From an uncultured Actinomycetota bacterium (lineage in GTDB: Bacteria > Actinomycetota > Actinomycetes > JAFAQI01): 64,000 nucleotides of DNA. The notes under the pieces were generated by a model that was not told the origin of the DNA, made no database searches, and saw only the letters and a program-made list of their open reading frames with translations. How positions within the stretch are numbered: the first letter of the stretch is position 1; every line of letters starts with the position of its first letter. The stretch spans positions 11,892 through 75,891 of the forward strand of contig CAWBLI010000009.1 in NCBI GenBank assembly GCA_963789615.1, written 5' to 3'. This document shows, in pieces, positions 40,207 to 49,536 of the stretch. Both the position numbers and the translations under genes were made by a program.

Positions 40207-41034
40207 TCAGGAGCCAGGGTTCCCGGCCGCGGCCGTCTCCAACGAGCGTTGGGTGAGGACGCGCGCGAGGTGACGGCGGTACTCGGGGTCAGCGTGCATG
40301 TCCTGCACCGGCTCCGTGCCCTCAGCAGCCAGCGCCGCAGCTTCCGGAATCGACGCGCCGGAGCCGAGCGCTGCCTCAGTCTGGTTGGCTCGCAACGGAC
40401 GGCTGCCCATGTTGGCGAGTGCGACGCGTCCCGCGACGGTGGCAACGCCGACGATGGCCCAGTCGTTCGCGCGGCGGGTGAACTTCTCGTAGTGCCAACC
40501 GTTCGGGCCGGTGCGGGGAAGCCGGAGCTCGACCATGATCTCGTCGTCTTTCATCGCGGTGTCGAAGTAGCCCTGGAAGAACTCGGTGGCCAACACCTCG
40601 CGGCGTCCGTCCGGGCCCTGGAGCACCAACGTTGCACCGGAAGCGAGAACGGCGGCGGGCAGGTCCGCGGCAGGGTCGGCATGTGACACCGAGCCCCCGA
40701 TCGTGCCGCGGTTTCGGATCTGCGGGTCGCCGACGGTCGACGCAACGTGGCCGATCAGCGGAGCCTCCCCGCGCAGCACCTCAGAGGTCACCAGGTCCCG
40801 GTGCCGGGTCAGCGCGCCGATCGCGACTTCATCACCCTCGACACGGATGTAGGAGGCGTGTGGCAGCCGCCGGATGTCGATGAGCACGGTCGGGAACGCG
40901 AGCCGTAGCTTCATCATCGGCAGCAGCGAGTGGCCGCCCGCAATCAACTTTGCCTCGTCGCCGTATTCTGCGAGCAGGGCAACCGCCTCGTCGAACGAGC
41001 CGGCGCGGACGTAGTCGAATGCCGCGGGGATCAC
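40207..41034 (-). CDS. Xanthine/CO dehydrogenase family FAD subunit (CoxM-like)
   Basis: [28 protein letters not shown]. Confidence 0.92.
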   Translation of the reverse strand: MIPAAFDYVRAGSFDEAVALLAEYGDEAKLIAGGHSLLPMMKLRLAFPTVLIDIRRLPHASYIRVEGDEVAIGALTRHRDLVTSEVLRGEAPLIGHVASTVGDPQIRNRGTIGGSVSHADPAADLPAAVLASGATLVLQGPDGRREVLATEFFQGYFDTAMKDDEIMVELRLPRTGPNGWHYEKFTRRANDWAIVGVATVAGRVALANMGSRPLRANQTEAALGSGASIPEAAALAAEGTEPVQDMHADPEYRRHLARVLTQRSLETAAAGNPGS

Positions 41035-41504
41035 GTCGGCCCCGCCATCGAGTCGGCCGCCGCGAGTACGGCGCGGACGATGTTGTGGTACCCGGTGCAC
41101 CGGCACAGGTTGCCCTCGAGGCCCTCGCGAACTTGTCTCTCGGTGGGCTGCGGACAGTCGTTCAGCAGAGCAGCCGCCGCCATCACCATGCCTGGCGTAC
41201 AGAACCCACACTGCAGCCCGTGTTCGGCCCGGAACGCGGCCTGCACCGGATGGAGGTCGTTACCTGCCGCGGCAAGACCTTCCAGCGTGGTGACCGAGGC
41301 ACCGTCGGACTGAACCGCGAGCACCGTGCAGGACTTCACCGCCTCGCCGTCGATGTGCACGGTGCAGGCGCCGCACGACGTCGTGTCGCAGCCGATGTTG
41401 GTGGCCTTGAGCCCGCAGGTGTCGCGCACATAGTGGGCGAGCAGCAGCCGTGGCTCGACGTCGTCGGTGCGGGCGGTCCCGTTGACCGTGATCGAGACCT
41501 GCAT
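41031..41504 (-). CDS. 2Fe-2S subunit (CoxS-like)
   Basis: [26 protein letters not shown]. Confidence 0.95.
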   Translation of the reverse strand: MQVSITVNGTARTDDVEPRLLLAHYVRDTCGLKATNIGCDTTSCGACTVHIDGEAVKSCTVLAVQSDGASVTTLEGLAAAGNDLHPVQAAFRAEHGLQCGFCTPGMVMAAAALLNDCPQPTERQVREGLEGNLCRCTGYHNIVRAVLAAADSMAGPT

Positions 41505-43801
41505 CAGGCGTCCTTCGCAGCGTTGATAGCGGACCAGACCCGCATCGAGGTGGTCGGCATGTCGATGTGACGTACGCCGAGGTGCGCAACTGCGTCGATG
41601 ACCGCATTCTGCACCGCAGGCGTCGCCCCGATCGTGCCGGCCTCGCCGATTCCCTTGGCTCCTAAGGCGTTGTAGCTCGTCGGCGTCTCTGTCGTTACCA
41701 GCTCGAAGCTGGGCAGCTCGGTTGCCGAGACGATCGGGTAATCGGCGAACGTCGTGGTGGTGGGGTTGCCGTCCTCGTCGTACAGGAGCTCTTCGAGCAG
41801 GGCCTGTGCTGCTCCCTGGGCGAGGCCGCCGTGGCGCTGTCCCTCGGCGACGAGCGGGTTGATGATCGTGCCAGCATCGTCCAGAGCGATGAGCCTCCTC
41901 AGCTCGGCCTTGCCGGTCTCGATGTCAACCTCGGCGACGGCGACGTGAGCGCCAAACGGATACGTAGCGCCGGGAGCGGTGAACACCGCCCTGACGAGAA
42001 GCCGCTCCTTCTCGGCGAGGGCGGCGAAGCTGATCGCTACGGCAGGGTCACCTCGTACGGCAAGCCCAGCCAGGGCGTGGTCGACGATGAGGTCCTCGGG
42101 GGCGACTTCGAGCTCGTCCGAGGCGCGAGCTCGGGCCAGTTCAACCAGCTCCAGCGATGCCTGCTTCACCGCCGCTCCGCCCTGCTGCAGGCTGCGTGAC
42201 CCGGCGGTGCCGCCGCCCTGCGGGACCAGGTCGGTGTCTCCCCACTTCACGGTGATTTTCTCGATCGGGATCCCGAGCTCGTCGCTGGCGAGCATGGCCC
42301 AGACCGTCGAATGGCCCTGGCCGTGTGGCGAGGTGCCGGTGAGGATGGTGGCTGTTCCGTCTGGGTGCACCTCGACCGTCGCGTTCTCGCTCGGCGGGCC
42401 TGACTCGTCACCGCCACCGGTGATCTCGACGTAGACGCTGAGACCGATCCCGAGCTGGCGCAGGTCACCGCGCTGGCGGCGGGCAGCCTGTTCACGCCGC
42501 AGCCCGTCGTAGTCGGCGGCGGTGAGGACGGTATCGAGCGCCGCCGGGTAGTTGCCCGAGTCGTAGAGCGCTCCCCCTTTGGTCGTCAACGGCTCGGTGA
42601 AGGCAGGAAGCAGATTGCGTCGGCGTACCTCGGCCGGATCCATGCCGATCTCGGTGGCGAACAGGTCCATCGCGCGTTCGACGACCGCGGTGGCCTCGGG
42701 CCGGCCCGCACCGCGGTAAGCGCCGAGCGGCGTCGTGTTAGTGACGACGCTGGCGTAGGACGTCTCCAGCCGGTCGAAGTCATAGACCGCCGACGCCATC
42801 AGCAATGTCAGCGTCGGGAGGATTGCCCCGAAGCGGGGGTACGCGCCGCTGTCCTGCAGCACGTGCAGCCGGTAGGCCTTAACGTTGCCGTCGCGATCAC
42901 CGCCGATCGTGACGGTCTGGAGCTGCGCCCGGCCATGAGTCATCCCGACCATGTTTTCCGAGCGGGTCTCGACCCAGGTCGCTGGACGGCCGAGGTGCCG
43001 GGCAACCCAGCAGACGAGGACCTGCTCAGGGTCGGCCCCGAACTTCGCGCCGAACGCGCCGCCGACCGCGGGAGTGATCACGCGCACCTGCTCGGTGGTC
43101 AGGCCCAACCTGGACGTCAGGACGGTCTGGGTGTCCTGGGCGCCCTGGTTCGGGATCCAGGCGGTCAGCCGGCCCTCGTCCCAGACCGCCGCGGCGCTGC
43201 GCACCTCGAGCGGCGCGACCGCGACTCGCTGGTTGATGATCTCCTGGGTGACGACGACCTCGCAGTCGTCAAAAGTGTCCGCCTGCTCCTCGGGGTCTTT
43301 GCTCATCACGACGTTCGTGCCGACATCGGGGAACAGAATCGTGTCACCCTGCAAGGCCGCCCGCGGATCGATGACGGCCTGGAGTGGCTCGTACTCGACC
43401 TGGACGAGCTCGGCGATGTCCTCGCCGGTGTAGCGGCCGTCATGTACGACGATCGCAACCGGCTCTCCGACGAAGCGGACAGTGTCCGTGGCGAGCAGCG
43501 GCTGCGCGAACCCCGCGTCGTACATGGGCAGCATCGGCTCCTGCTGCGGAACGTCGGTGAGATCCGTTGCGGTGAACACCGCGAGGCATCCGGCAGCATC
43601 GGTGGCTGCGGTCGTGTCGATCGAGAGAATCGTGGCGTGAGCCATCGGCGACCGGACGAAGGTGATCCGGACAGCGTGTTCGAGCCGTTCGTCGACCAGG
43701 TCCTCGGTGTAGACCGCGCCGGTGGTGAGGAACTCCGGGTCCTCGAGTCGATTGACGCGGGTGCCGAGAATGCTGCCGCGCGGAACACCGACGCTAGTCA
43801 T
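41504..43801 (-). CDS. Molybdopterin-binding large subunit (form II CoxL-like)
   Basis: VGGAFGAK, AYRGAGRPE, GQGH, GAKGIGEAG. Confidence 0.92.
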   Translation of the reverse strand: MTSVGVPRGSILGTRVNRLEDPEFLTTGAVYTEDLVDERLEHAVRITFVRSPMAHATILSIDTTAATDAAGCLAVFTATDLTDVPQQEPMLPMYDAGFAQPLLATDTVRFVGEPVAIVVHDGRYTGEDIAELVQVEYEPLQAVIDPRAALQGDTILFPDVGTNVVMSKDPEEQADTFDDCEVVVTQEIINQRVAVAPLEVRSAAAVWDEGRLTAWIPNQGAQDTQTVLTSRLGLTTEQVRVITPAVGGAFGAKFGADPEQVLVCWVARHLGRPATWVETRSENMVGMTHGRAQLQTVTIGGDRDGNVKAYRLHVLQDSGAYPRFGAILPTLTLLMASAVYDFDRLETSYASVVTNTTPLGAYRGAGRPEATAVVERAMDLFATEIGMDPAEVRRRNLLPAFTEPLTTKGGALYDSGNYPAALDTVLTAADYDGLRREQAARRQRGDLRQLGIGLSVYVEITGGGDESGPPSENATVEVHPDGTATILTGTSPHGQGHSTVWAMLASDELGIPIEKITVKWGDTDLVPQGGGTAGSRSLQQGGAAVKQASLELVELARARASDELEVAPEDLIVDHALAGLAVRGDPAVAISFAALAEKERLLVRAVFTAPGATYPFGAHVAVAEVDIETGKAELRRLIALDDAGTIINPLVAEGQRHGGLAQGAAQALLEELLYDEDGNPTTTTFADYPIVSATELPSFELVTTETPTSYNALGAKGIGEAGTIGATPAVQNAVIDAVAHLGVRHIDMPTTSMRVWSAINAAKDA

Positions 43802-43892
43802 CGCGACCTCTCGAACACGGGTCCTCCAGATCGCCGTCACACCGATCGTCCAGCTGACACTAAACCGGGCGCAATCGTCGGACGTGGGCTAG

Positions 43893-43965
43893 TGGGCCGC
43901 CTGGGGATCGAACCCAGAACCCGCGGATTAAAAGTCCGCTGCTCTGCCAGTTGAGCTAACGGCCC
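43893..43965 (-). tRNA. tRNA-Lys(UUU)
   Basis: GGGCCGTTAGCTCAACTGGCAGAGCAGCGGACTTTTAATCCGCGGGTTCTGGGTTCGATCCCCAGGCGGCCCA folds as a cloverleaf. Confidence 0.95.
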
Positions 43966-43998
43966 GAACCACCAGTATCCCAGATCCAATCTCCGGCC

Positions 43999-45360
43999 TC
44001 AGGCGACGCTTTCGTCGACGGCGTACAGATGCCACTCGTCGGAGAGACCCTTGAGCGTGAACGGGCCGCGATCGCGGAACTGGATGCCGGACCCGGCGAC
44101 GAGATCCTTCACAGTGCTCGACACCAGTACTTCATCCGGCTGCGCCTCGGCGGCAACGCGCGCGCCGATGTGGACCGCTATGCCACCCATCTTGCCGTCG
44201 ACGACCTCGCACTCGCCCGTGTGCAACCCTGCCCGGACGCGTAGGCCGAGCCCGCGCACCGTGTCGGAGATCTCCCGCGCACAGCGGATGGCCCGTGCCG
44301 GGCCGTCGAAGCTGGCAAAGAATCCGTCACCGGCAGTGTCGATCTCGCGCCCGGAGAAGCGGACCAGGTGCCGCCGCACGAGAGCGTGATGTTGCATCAG
44401 CAGCTCACGCCATTCCCGGTCGCCAAGCTCGGCGAGCATCTCCGTCGACCCGACGATGTCCGTGAACAAGATCGTCGCGAGCACTCGGTCGGTCTCGACC
44501 AGGTCCCACTCGCCGCGCTTGTACAACCCGAGCAGGAACGGTTCGATCTCGGCCACGATTTGTTCCGAGTTGACCCACCACCCGTGATCGACGCCCGGCA
44601 GTTCGGCGAGCTCTGCGGCCGGAATGTGGCCGGCGATGTAGCGCGCTTCCTCGAGCACGCTGTCCTCGTCATCGACACGGTTGACGACGAGTGTCGGGAC
44701 CCGGATCGCTGGCAGCGTGTGGCGCACGTCGATCTCGCTGTTCATCACCGAGAGTGCCCGGATCGCACCGGGACTCGCGCTGGCCTGCACCCATCGCCGC
44801 CACCACTTCCTGGTGGCGTCATCGTGTGCCGTGCTGGGCGCTAGCCCCTGCAACTTCTCGTTGCACCATGGTTCCGTACCGCGGCGGCCGTCACTTTCGG
44901 TGATCCCCGTCCGCCATTCCGCCGGCGTCGGCATCCACGGGTAGTCCTCAGCTTGGAACCATGTCGCGTGCGTCCCATACAGGACCAGGGCCGCCGTGCG
45001 CTCGGGATAGGTGGCCGCGAACAGCATTGACATGGGGCCACCTTCGGAGAACCCCATGATTGCGGCGCGCCGGGAGCCGACGGCGTCCATCACCGCTCGG
45101 ATGTCGTCCATCCGGGTCTCGAGATCGGGGATACCGGTGGCGCGATCGGACATCCCGAGCCCGCGCTTGTCGAAGAGGATCAGCCGTGTGAACTGCGACA
45201 TCCCCCGGAAGAACTCCACCGCGGTTCCCTCCCACGGCGCGCCGAAGTTCGACAGGACCCAGCCGGCGACGAAGACGACGTCGATCGGACCGTCCCCGAT
45301 CACGGCGTAGGCGATGTTGACGTCACCGTTCCTCGCGTACTGGACTTCTGGGGCGTCCAC
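43999..45360 (-). CDS. Alpha/beta-hydrolase + class III adenylate cyclase (LipJ-like)
   Basis: FDKRG.G.SD, GFSEGG; ILFTDIVGST, AGDGFFA, RAGLHTGE, VHIGARV. Confidence 0.92.
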   Translation of the reverse strand: MDAPEVQYARNGDVNIAYAVIGDGPIDVVFVAGWVLSNFGAPWEGTAVEFFRGMSQFTRLILFDKRGLGMSDRATGIPDLETRMDDIRAVMDAVGSRRAAIMGFSEGGPMSMLFAATYPERTAALVLYGTHATWFQAEDYPWMPTPAEWRTGITESDGRRGTEPWCNEKLQGLAPSTAHDDATRKWWRRWVQASASPGAIRALSVMNSEIDVRHTLPAIRVPTLVVNRVDDEDSVLEEARYIAGHIPAAELAELPGVDHGWWVNSEQIVAEIEPFLLGLYKRGEWDLVETDRVLATILFTDIVGSTEMLAELGDREWRELLMQHHALVRRHLVRFSGREIDTAGDGFFASFDGPARAIRCAREISDTVRGLGLRVRAGLHTGECEVVDGKMGGIAVHIGARVAAEAQPDEVLVSSTVKDLVAGSGIQFRDRGPFTLKGLSDEWHLYAVDESVA

Positions 45361-45509
45361 GTCCGTAGTCTCCGCCCGTTGCCCGGGGCGGGCAAGGAGA
45401 TCCGGACAGACGGGTAGGAACCTCGCCGGGTCGGCCCTGGGAAGGTGTCAGTCCCTATGACGCGGGTACTTGCCATCGCGACCCCACTGCCCACAGAGTC
45501 AGATCCGTC

Positions 45510-45932
45510 ATGTTCACTCCCGCACCCCCGCACCGCGTCCTCACGACCGACTACGGTCCCGTCACTGTGTTCACCGGCGCGGGGTCGATCTTCGTCAGCT
45601 GCGCTGGCGTCTCCCCCAGTCCGACGGACCGGCCGACGATCGTGCGGTTCACCCGCGGTCGTGATGGCAACTGGCGGCCGGCCTGCTCGATCACCGCCCG
45701 TGCCCACGCTGAGCTGTGCCTCGAGCTGGCGACCCGGGCGGTGGCGGCCGCCATCGACGATGGTCTGCTCGACGATGCCGCTGCCGCCATCGCGACGCGC
45801 AACTCGCAACGACCAGTGCGTCCGGGCTCGCGGCAGGGACCTGCGCCATGGCCGGCCGCGCTCCGGCTGGCCGAGGCGCGCGCCGTACCCAGTCCGTTGG
45901 CGACGCTCGACCTTCGCCCGCTGGGTCAGTAA
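45510..45932 (+). CDS. Hypothetical protein
   Basis: 140-aa ORF filling the gap between flanking genes; no recognised motif. Confidence 0.5.
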   Translation: MFTPAPPHRVLTTDYGPVTVFTGAGSIFVSCAGVSPSPTDRPTIVRFTRGRDGNWRPACSITARAHAELCLELATRAVAAAIDDGLLDDAAAAIATRNSQRPVRPGSRQGPAPWPAALRLAEARAVPSPLATLDLRPLGQ

Positions 45933-46966
45933 CGCCGAGCCGACGTCACCCGGTTCCGCAGCTCGCGCCCTTCGGACAGTCGCGCCAAGTTGTCGAGGAA
46001 CAACGCGACTATGCGTTCGTTCTCTCGCGGTGACAGGGCGGACGTGTGCGGAGTAAGCAGGACGTTCGGCATCGTCCACAACGGGCTGTCCGGCGGCAGC
46101 GGCTCGACCGTCGTGACGTCGAGCGCCGCGCCGGCGAGCCGGCCGGACTCCAACGCCGCGATCAGGGCCGGCTCGTCGATCACGGCGCCCCGGCCGACGT
46201 TCACGACGGCCGCGCCGGCCGGGAGCGCCGCGAGCACGTCCGCGCCGACCATGCCGCGGGTCTGGTCGGTCAACGGCACCGTGACCACAAGCGCAGCGGC
46301 ACCGGCGACGACCCGGCGCAGCTCCGACGACGCGTGCAGCTCGTGGAACGGCTCGACCGGCGTACCACCCGAGCTGTTCACCCCGATCGTTCGCATCCCC
46401 AGTGCCGCCGCCACGCGAGCGATGTCCGTGCCGATCACGCCGGTCCCGAGCACCACGATCCGTTGCCCATCGAGGTCGGGCGTCGCGTAGTGCGCCCAAC
46501 GGCGGGCCGCCTGATCGGCCTGGATCCGCCGCAGGTCGCGGGTGATGCTCAACAAGCCGAGGATGGCGAACTCCGCGAGCGGCAGCCCGTGAACACCGCT
46601 TGCCGTCGACACGGCGACGCGTCCGAGATCCTCATCCGTGAGCCCGGCGGCGGCGACCTGCTCGCCCGCGCCCGCCGCGGTGGCCTGCACGAACCGCAGC
46701 CGCGGGCAGCCGTGTACGACGGCGGCGAGACCGTCCGGAGTGTCGCCCGGGAACCCGAACATCGCCACCCCCTCCGCGAGCAGCCGCTGCCAGCGCGCCT
46801 CGTCGGCAGCGCTGCGCGTGAAGTCGGGGTCGCCGCGGTGATCGCTGGGATAGCGCGCCGGCGGCAGCAGGTCCGGCTCGTAGTGCAGCCGGACCAGGTC
46901 GCTCGCCGCGATCCGATGCGCCAGCTCCGCCTCCAGCGGGCTGGCGACGACGACGTCGATCGGCAT
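45926..46966 (-). CDS. D-2-hydroxyacid dehydrogenase
   Basis: LGTGVIG, VNVGRG, ALDV...EPLP, TPH. Confidence 0.92.
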   Translation of the reverse strand: MPIDVVVASPLEAELAHRIAASDLVRLHYEPDLLPPARYPSDHRGDPDFTRSAADEARWQRLLAEGVAMFGFPGDTPDGLAAVVHGCPRLRFVQATAAGAGEQVAAAGLTDEDLGRVAVSTASGVHGLPLAEFAILGLLSITRDLRRIQADQAARRWAHYATPDLDGQRIVVLGTGVIGTDIARVAAALGMRTIGVNSSGGTPVEPFHELHASSELRRVVAGAAALVVTVPLTDQTRGMVGADVLAALPAGAAVVNVGRGAVIDEPALIAALESGRLAGAALDVTTVEPLPPDSPLWTMPNVLLTPHTSALSPRENERIVALFLDNLARLSEGRELRNRVTSARRY

Positions 46967-47037
46967 GTCATCTCGCGGCATCGTGACCCGGCTCCCATCA
47001 GTACGGCGGTACGTCACACGCTAGGTCCCGGCTGTCA

Positions 47038-47751
47038 GTGACCGACAATGCGGCTATGACAGCCAACCGTCCTGGGCACGCCAAGGCCGAGGACGACGAG
47101 GGGCAGGCCGGCACCGGGAGCGACAACTCGCTCGGCCGACTACTCACTCTCTCCGACGGGGTCTTCGCGATCGCCATGACCCTGCTGGCGTTCAACCTCA
47201 AGGTCCCGTTGGTCGGACTGCATCCCACCAACGCGGAGCTGCAGCACGCGTTGTCCAAGAATCTGCCGGCGTACTACTCGTTCGGGATCAGCTTCTACGT
47301 GGTCGCGAGCTACTGGATGCGCCACCGGCGGCTGATGCGCTCGGTGACGATCATTGACTCATCGCTCATCGGCCAGACGATGTTCTTGCTGCTGTGCGTG
47401 GCCGCACTGCCGTTTGCTGCCGACCTGCTGGGACAGCACGGCTCCGACGCGATATCCCTGGTGGTGTACGGCGCTCTCAACGTTGTCGCGGTCCTCAGCA
47501 TGCTGCGGCTGCATCACATCGTCCGGACCCGTCGCCTGGCGCCGCGGGAGGTGCCGGACCCGGTGCACGACGACATCCCTGAGCTGCTGGGAAGCCTCGG
47601 GGTCTTCCTGCTCTGTATCCCGGCCGGCTACGTGTTTCTCGGCAACGGCACCTGGACGCTGGCGCTGCTCGCGCTGGTGCCACGGGTGCGCCCGCTGTGG
47701 CGCCGGACCAAGCTCAGGCGCGGTGGCCGAGCAGCTCCTCGAAAGGCGTGA
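47038..47751 (+). CDS. TMEM175 family potassium channel-like protein
   Basis: RLLTLSDGVFAIAMTLL; SFYVVASYWMRH. Confidence 0.88.
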   Translation: MTDNAAMTANRPGHAKAEDDEGQAGTGSDNSLGRLLTLSDGVFAIAMTLLAFNLKVPLVGLHPTNAELQHALSKNLPAYYSFGISFYVVASYWMRHRRLMRSVTIIDSSLIGQTMFLLLCVAALPFAADLLGQHGSDAISLVVYGALNVVAVLSMLRLHHIVRTRRLAPREVPDPVHDDIPELLGSLGVFLLCIPAGYVFLGNGTWTLALLALVPRVRPLWRRTKLRRGGRAAPRKA

Positions 47752-48328
47752 CGTCCCGATACGGGTCGCTGGCGGGTCCCGCCGCGCTGCGTTCGATCAG
47801 GTCGGCGAACTCGCTGCCCGCTCGACGGATCCGGTCGATCAGCGCACTCTCCTCGACCGACCCCCAGTCGGCGGTCGCGGCGAACACCGACGTGGGGGCG
47901 ACGATGGCGCGCAGGTAGGTGAACATCGGCCGGATCGCGTGGTCGAGGGCGAGTGAATGCCGCGCCGTCCCGCCGGTCGCGGCGATCAGCACCGGCTTGC
48001 CGGCGAGAGCGTCACGGTCCAGCACGTCGAAGAACGACTTGAACAGCCCGTTGTACGACGCGTTGTAGAGCGGCGTGACCGCCACGACGCCGTCCGCCGC
48101 GACCAGCGACGAGATCGCTTCCGCGAGCGCCGGGCTGGGAAAGCCGGTGATCAGGTTGTTGACGATGTCGTGCGCGACATCGCGCAGCTCGATGACGGTG
48201 ACATCGACGGTGTCGCCGTGGTCCCGCAGCACCCGCCGGGTCGCGTCGGCGAGCTGGTCCGCGAGCAGCCGTGTCGACGACGGCTGCGAGATGCCGGCCG
48301 AGACGACGGCCAGGGTGCGGTGGGTCAC
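47714..48328 (-). CDS. NADPH-dependent FMN reductase (LLM partner)
   Basis: SAGISQPSSTRLLA, TPLYNASY.GLFKSF.D, ATGGTARH. Confidence 0.9.
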   Translation of the reverse strand: MTHRTLAVVSAGISQPSSTRLLADQLADATRRVLRDHGDTVDVTVIELRDVAHDIVNNLITGFPSPALAEAISSLVAADGVVAVTPLYNASYNGLFKSFFDVLDRDALAGKPVLIAATGGTARHSLALDHAIRPMFTYLRAIVAPTSVFAATADWGSVEESALIDRIRRAGSEFADLIERSAAGPASDPYRDVTPFEELLGHRA

Positions 48329-49455
48329 GTCGTACTCGTTTCGGCTACCGCCGAGACGGCGTCCGTCACCGTCGGCGTGACCAGGGGGCCGGCCTTCAGG
48401 CTCTGGTGCGTCGGCGCATCCGGCACGTCGGCGGGTCGCAGCGCGTCGAGCTCCTTGCGAAGCACCGGCACGACCTCGCCGCCGAGGATGTCGAGCTGCT
48501 CGAGCACGGTCTTCAGCGGGAGGCCGGCGTGGTCCATGAGGAACAGCTGGCGCTGGTAGTCGCCGAAGTGCTCGCGGAAGGTCAGCGTCCGGTCGATGAC
48601 CTGCTGCGGGCTGCCGACGGTGAGCGGAGTCTGCGCCATGAAGTCCTCGAGCGAGGGCCCGTGTCCGTAGACCGGCGCGTTGTCGAAGTACGGCCGGAAC
48701 TCACGGATCGCGTCCTGCGAGTTCTTCGACATGAACACCTGGCCGCCGAGGCCGACGATCGCCTGCTCGGGCGTGCCGTGGCCGTAGTGCGCGAACCGCT
48801 CGCGGTAGAGGCCGATCAGCCGCACGTAGTGCTCGGTCGGCCAGAAGATGTGGTTGGCGAAGAACCCGTCGCCGTAGTACGCCGCCTGCTCGGCGATCTC
48901 CGGGCTGCGGATCGATCCGTGCCAGACGAACGGCGGTACGCCGTCGAGCGGTCGCGGCGTAGACGGTGAACGACTGCAGCGGCGTGCGGAACTTGCCCTC
49001 CCAGTCGACGACGTCCTCGCGCCACAACCGGTGCAGCAACGCGTAGTTCTCGATCGCGAGCTCGATGCCCTGGCGGATGTCCTTGCCGAACCATGGGTAG
49101 ACGGGGCCGGTGTTGCCGCGGCCCATCATCAGGTCGACCCGGCCGTCGGCGAGGTGCTGCAGCATCGCGAAGTCCTCGGCGATCTTCACCGGGTCGTTCG
49201 TGGTGATCAGTGTCGTCGCTGTGGAGAGGATGATCCGCTCGGTCTGGGCGGCGATGTAGCCGAGCATCGTGGTCGGGCGACGAGGGCACGAACGGCGGGT
49301 TGTGGTGCTCGCCGGTCGCGAAGACGTCCAGGCCCGACCTCCTCGGCCTTGCGGGCGATCGCGACCATCGCCTTGATCCGCTCGTGCTCGGTGGGCGTGA
49401 TACCGGTCGTGGGGTCCATCGTCACGTCGCCGACGCTGAAGACTCCGAACTGCAT
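48325..49455 (-). CDS. Luciferase-like (LLM) flavin-dependent monooxygenase; about 3 frameshifts
   Basis: MQFGVFSVGD, GEHHNPPF, NDPVKIAEDFA, GRVDLMMGRG, WHGSIRS, spread over three frames. Confidence 0.85.
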
Positions 49456-49536
49456 GTCCACTCCTCACGGCTCACGCCGACCCTGACACGGATAGTTGCC
49501 TCTGCAACAACCCGCCGGGTCACTCTGTTCCGAGGG

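Noticed and set aside
41504-43801. Bona fide aerobic CO dehydrogenase (form I coxL)
   Set aside because: It lacks the AYRCSFR motif, the MSL gene order and the cox accessory genes.
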